Shown here piece after piece: positions 25,221 to 25,867 of a stretch of 25,867 nucleotides of DNA; position 1 is the stretch's first letter; each line of letters opens with the position of its first letter. The notes beneath the pieces are model-generated. The model did no database searches, was not told where the DNA came from, and worked only from the letters and a program-made list of their open reading frames with translations. Origin of the DNA: a virus (taxonomy: Duplodnaviria; Caudoviricetes); IMG/VR virus record IMGVR_UViG_3300034104_005696, positions 1 through 25,867 of that record; one strand, 5' to 3'. A program made the translations under genes and the position numbers.

Positions 25221-25424
25221 TCAACGTCCCCCGAGCGGGCGGAACGTGATCCGGCCGTTGCGGGCCACGGTGGCGCTAGCGATCGGGGTGAAGGTCCGGT
25301 CCACCACGGTCCACCGTTCAGGGGTCCGGCGGCCAGGGCGCTCCCGGGTTCGATCGGCGAACGCTCGATCGGCGGCGGCGTAGCCGCGGCCCTTGGCGGC
25401 GGCGGTGATCTCTTGGGGGGTCAT
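25221..25424 (-). CDS. hypothetical protein (67 aa)
   Basis: ATG with GGAG RBS; fills the gap in the coupled gene string. Confidence 0.65.
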   Translation of the reverse strand: MTPQEITAAAKGRGYAAADRAFADRTRERPGRRTPERWTVVDRTFTPIASATVARNGRITFRPLGGR

Positions 25425-25441
25425 GGTCTCGGTCTCCAGGG

Positions 25442-25867
25442 CTACAGGTCGGGGAGGGCGTCAAGCGGGGGGAGGCCCGGGCGGGCCTCGAGGGCGACGG
25501 CGTGAAGGGCGGCCCACCCGGCGGGGTCCCCGCGGTGGACCAGCTCGAGGGCCTGGCGGCCCCGGGCGGCCAGCTTGGCGGCGGCCAGGAGGTCCGGGTT
25601 TCGGCGGAACATGGCATCGTCCCACCGGCCCCGGGCGTAGGCCTCCCGGGCGCTGGTCAGGGACTGTCCCAGGAGCTCCCCGCGGCGCTCGGGGGGCCGG
25701 GTCCAGATCCACCCGGTGACGTACCAGGCCTCCACCATGGCCAGGAGCTCGGGGAGGCTCGAGGGCGTGGCCATCCCGGGCCCGTTGGCCGGGTGGTGGG
25801 GATCGTCCAGGACCTGGCCCACCGCCAGGGCCGGCGCGGGGGCCGAGGGCCTGGCGGGCGCCGGCGG
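25442..25867 (-). CDS. hypothetical protein, probably 5'-truncated by the window edge
   Basis: Frame of ORF 25442..25822 stays open to the window end; codon usage like neighbouring genes. Confidence 0.55.
   Translation of the reverse strand, partial: PPAPARPSAPAPALAVGQVLDDPHHPANGPGMATPSSLPELLAMVEAWYVTGWIWTRPPERRGELLGQSLTSAREAYARGRWDDAMFRRNPDLLAAAKLAARGRQALELVHRGDPAGWAALHAVALEARPGLPPLDALPDL

Noticed and set aside
1-25867. CRISPR array, integrase, transposase, intron/intein, lysis cassette
   Set aside because: No regular repeat-spacer pattern or diagnostic motifs seen; prophage versus free phage and the host cannot be decided from this window.

Overview
Very GC-rich (roughly 70-75% by eye) segment of a tailed phage or prophage with a contractile tail. 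All credible genes lie on the minus strand. In transcription order (right to left) they are: translationally coupled small accessory genes (DUF2786-like, DUF1643, LITAF-like Zn-ribbon), a regulatory intergenic region, ParB-like/DNA methyltransferase fusion, Cys-rich protein, small and large terminase, portal, a MuF head-morphogenesis protein carrying two C-terminal effector domains (HipA/PI4K-like kinase and VIP2-like ADP-ribosyltransferase), a degenerate (pseudokinase) paralog of that kinase in the slot usually held by the immunity gene, XkdF-like prohead protease, scaffold, major capsid with a beta-rich insertion, head accessory and neck proteins, tail sheath, tail tube, a small signal-peptide gene, and a promoter-preceded cloverleaf-like structure at the left edge. 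The best candidate for an undescribed system is the MuF-kinase-ART / pseudokinase pair. The window also strongly avoids TGC/GCA and is rich in CTCGAG/GAGCTC. All product calls come from motif recognition by eye; no database search was run.
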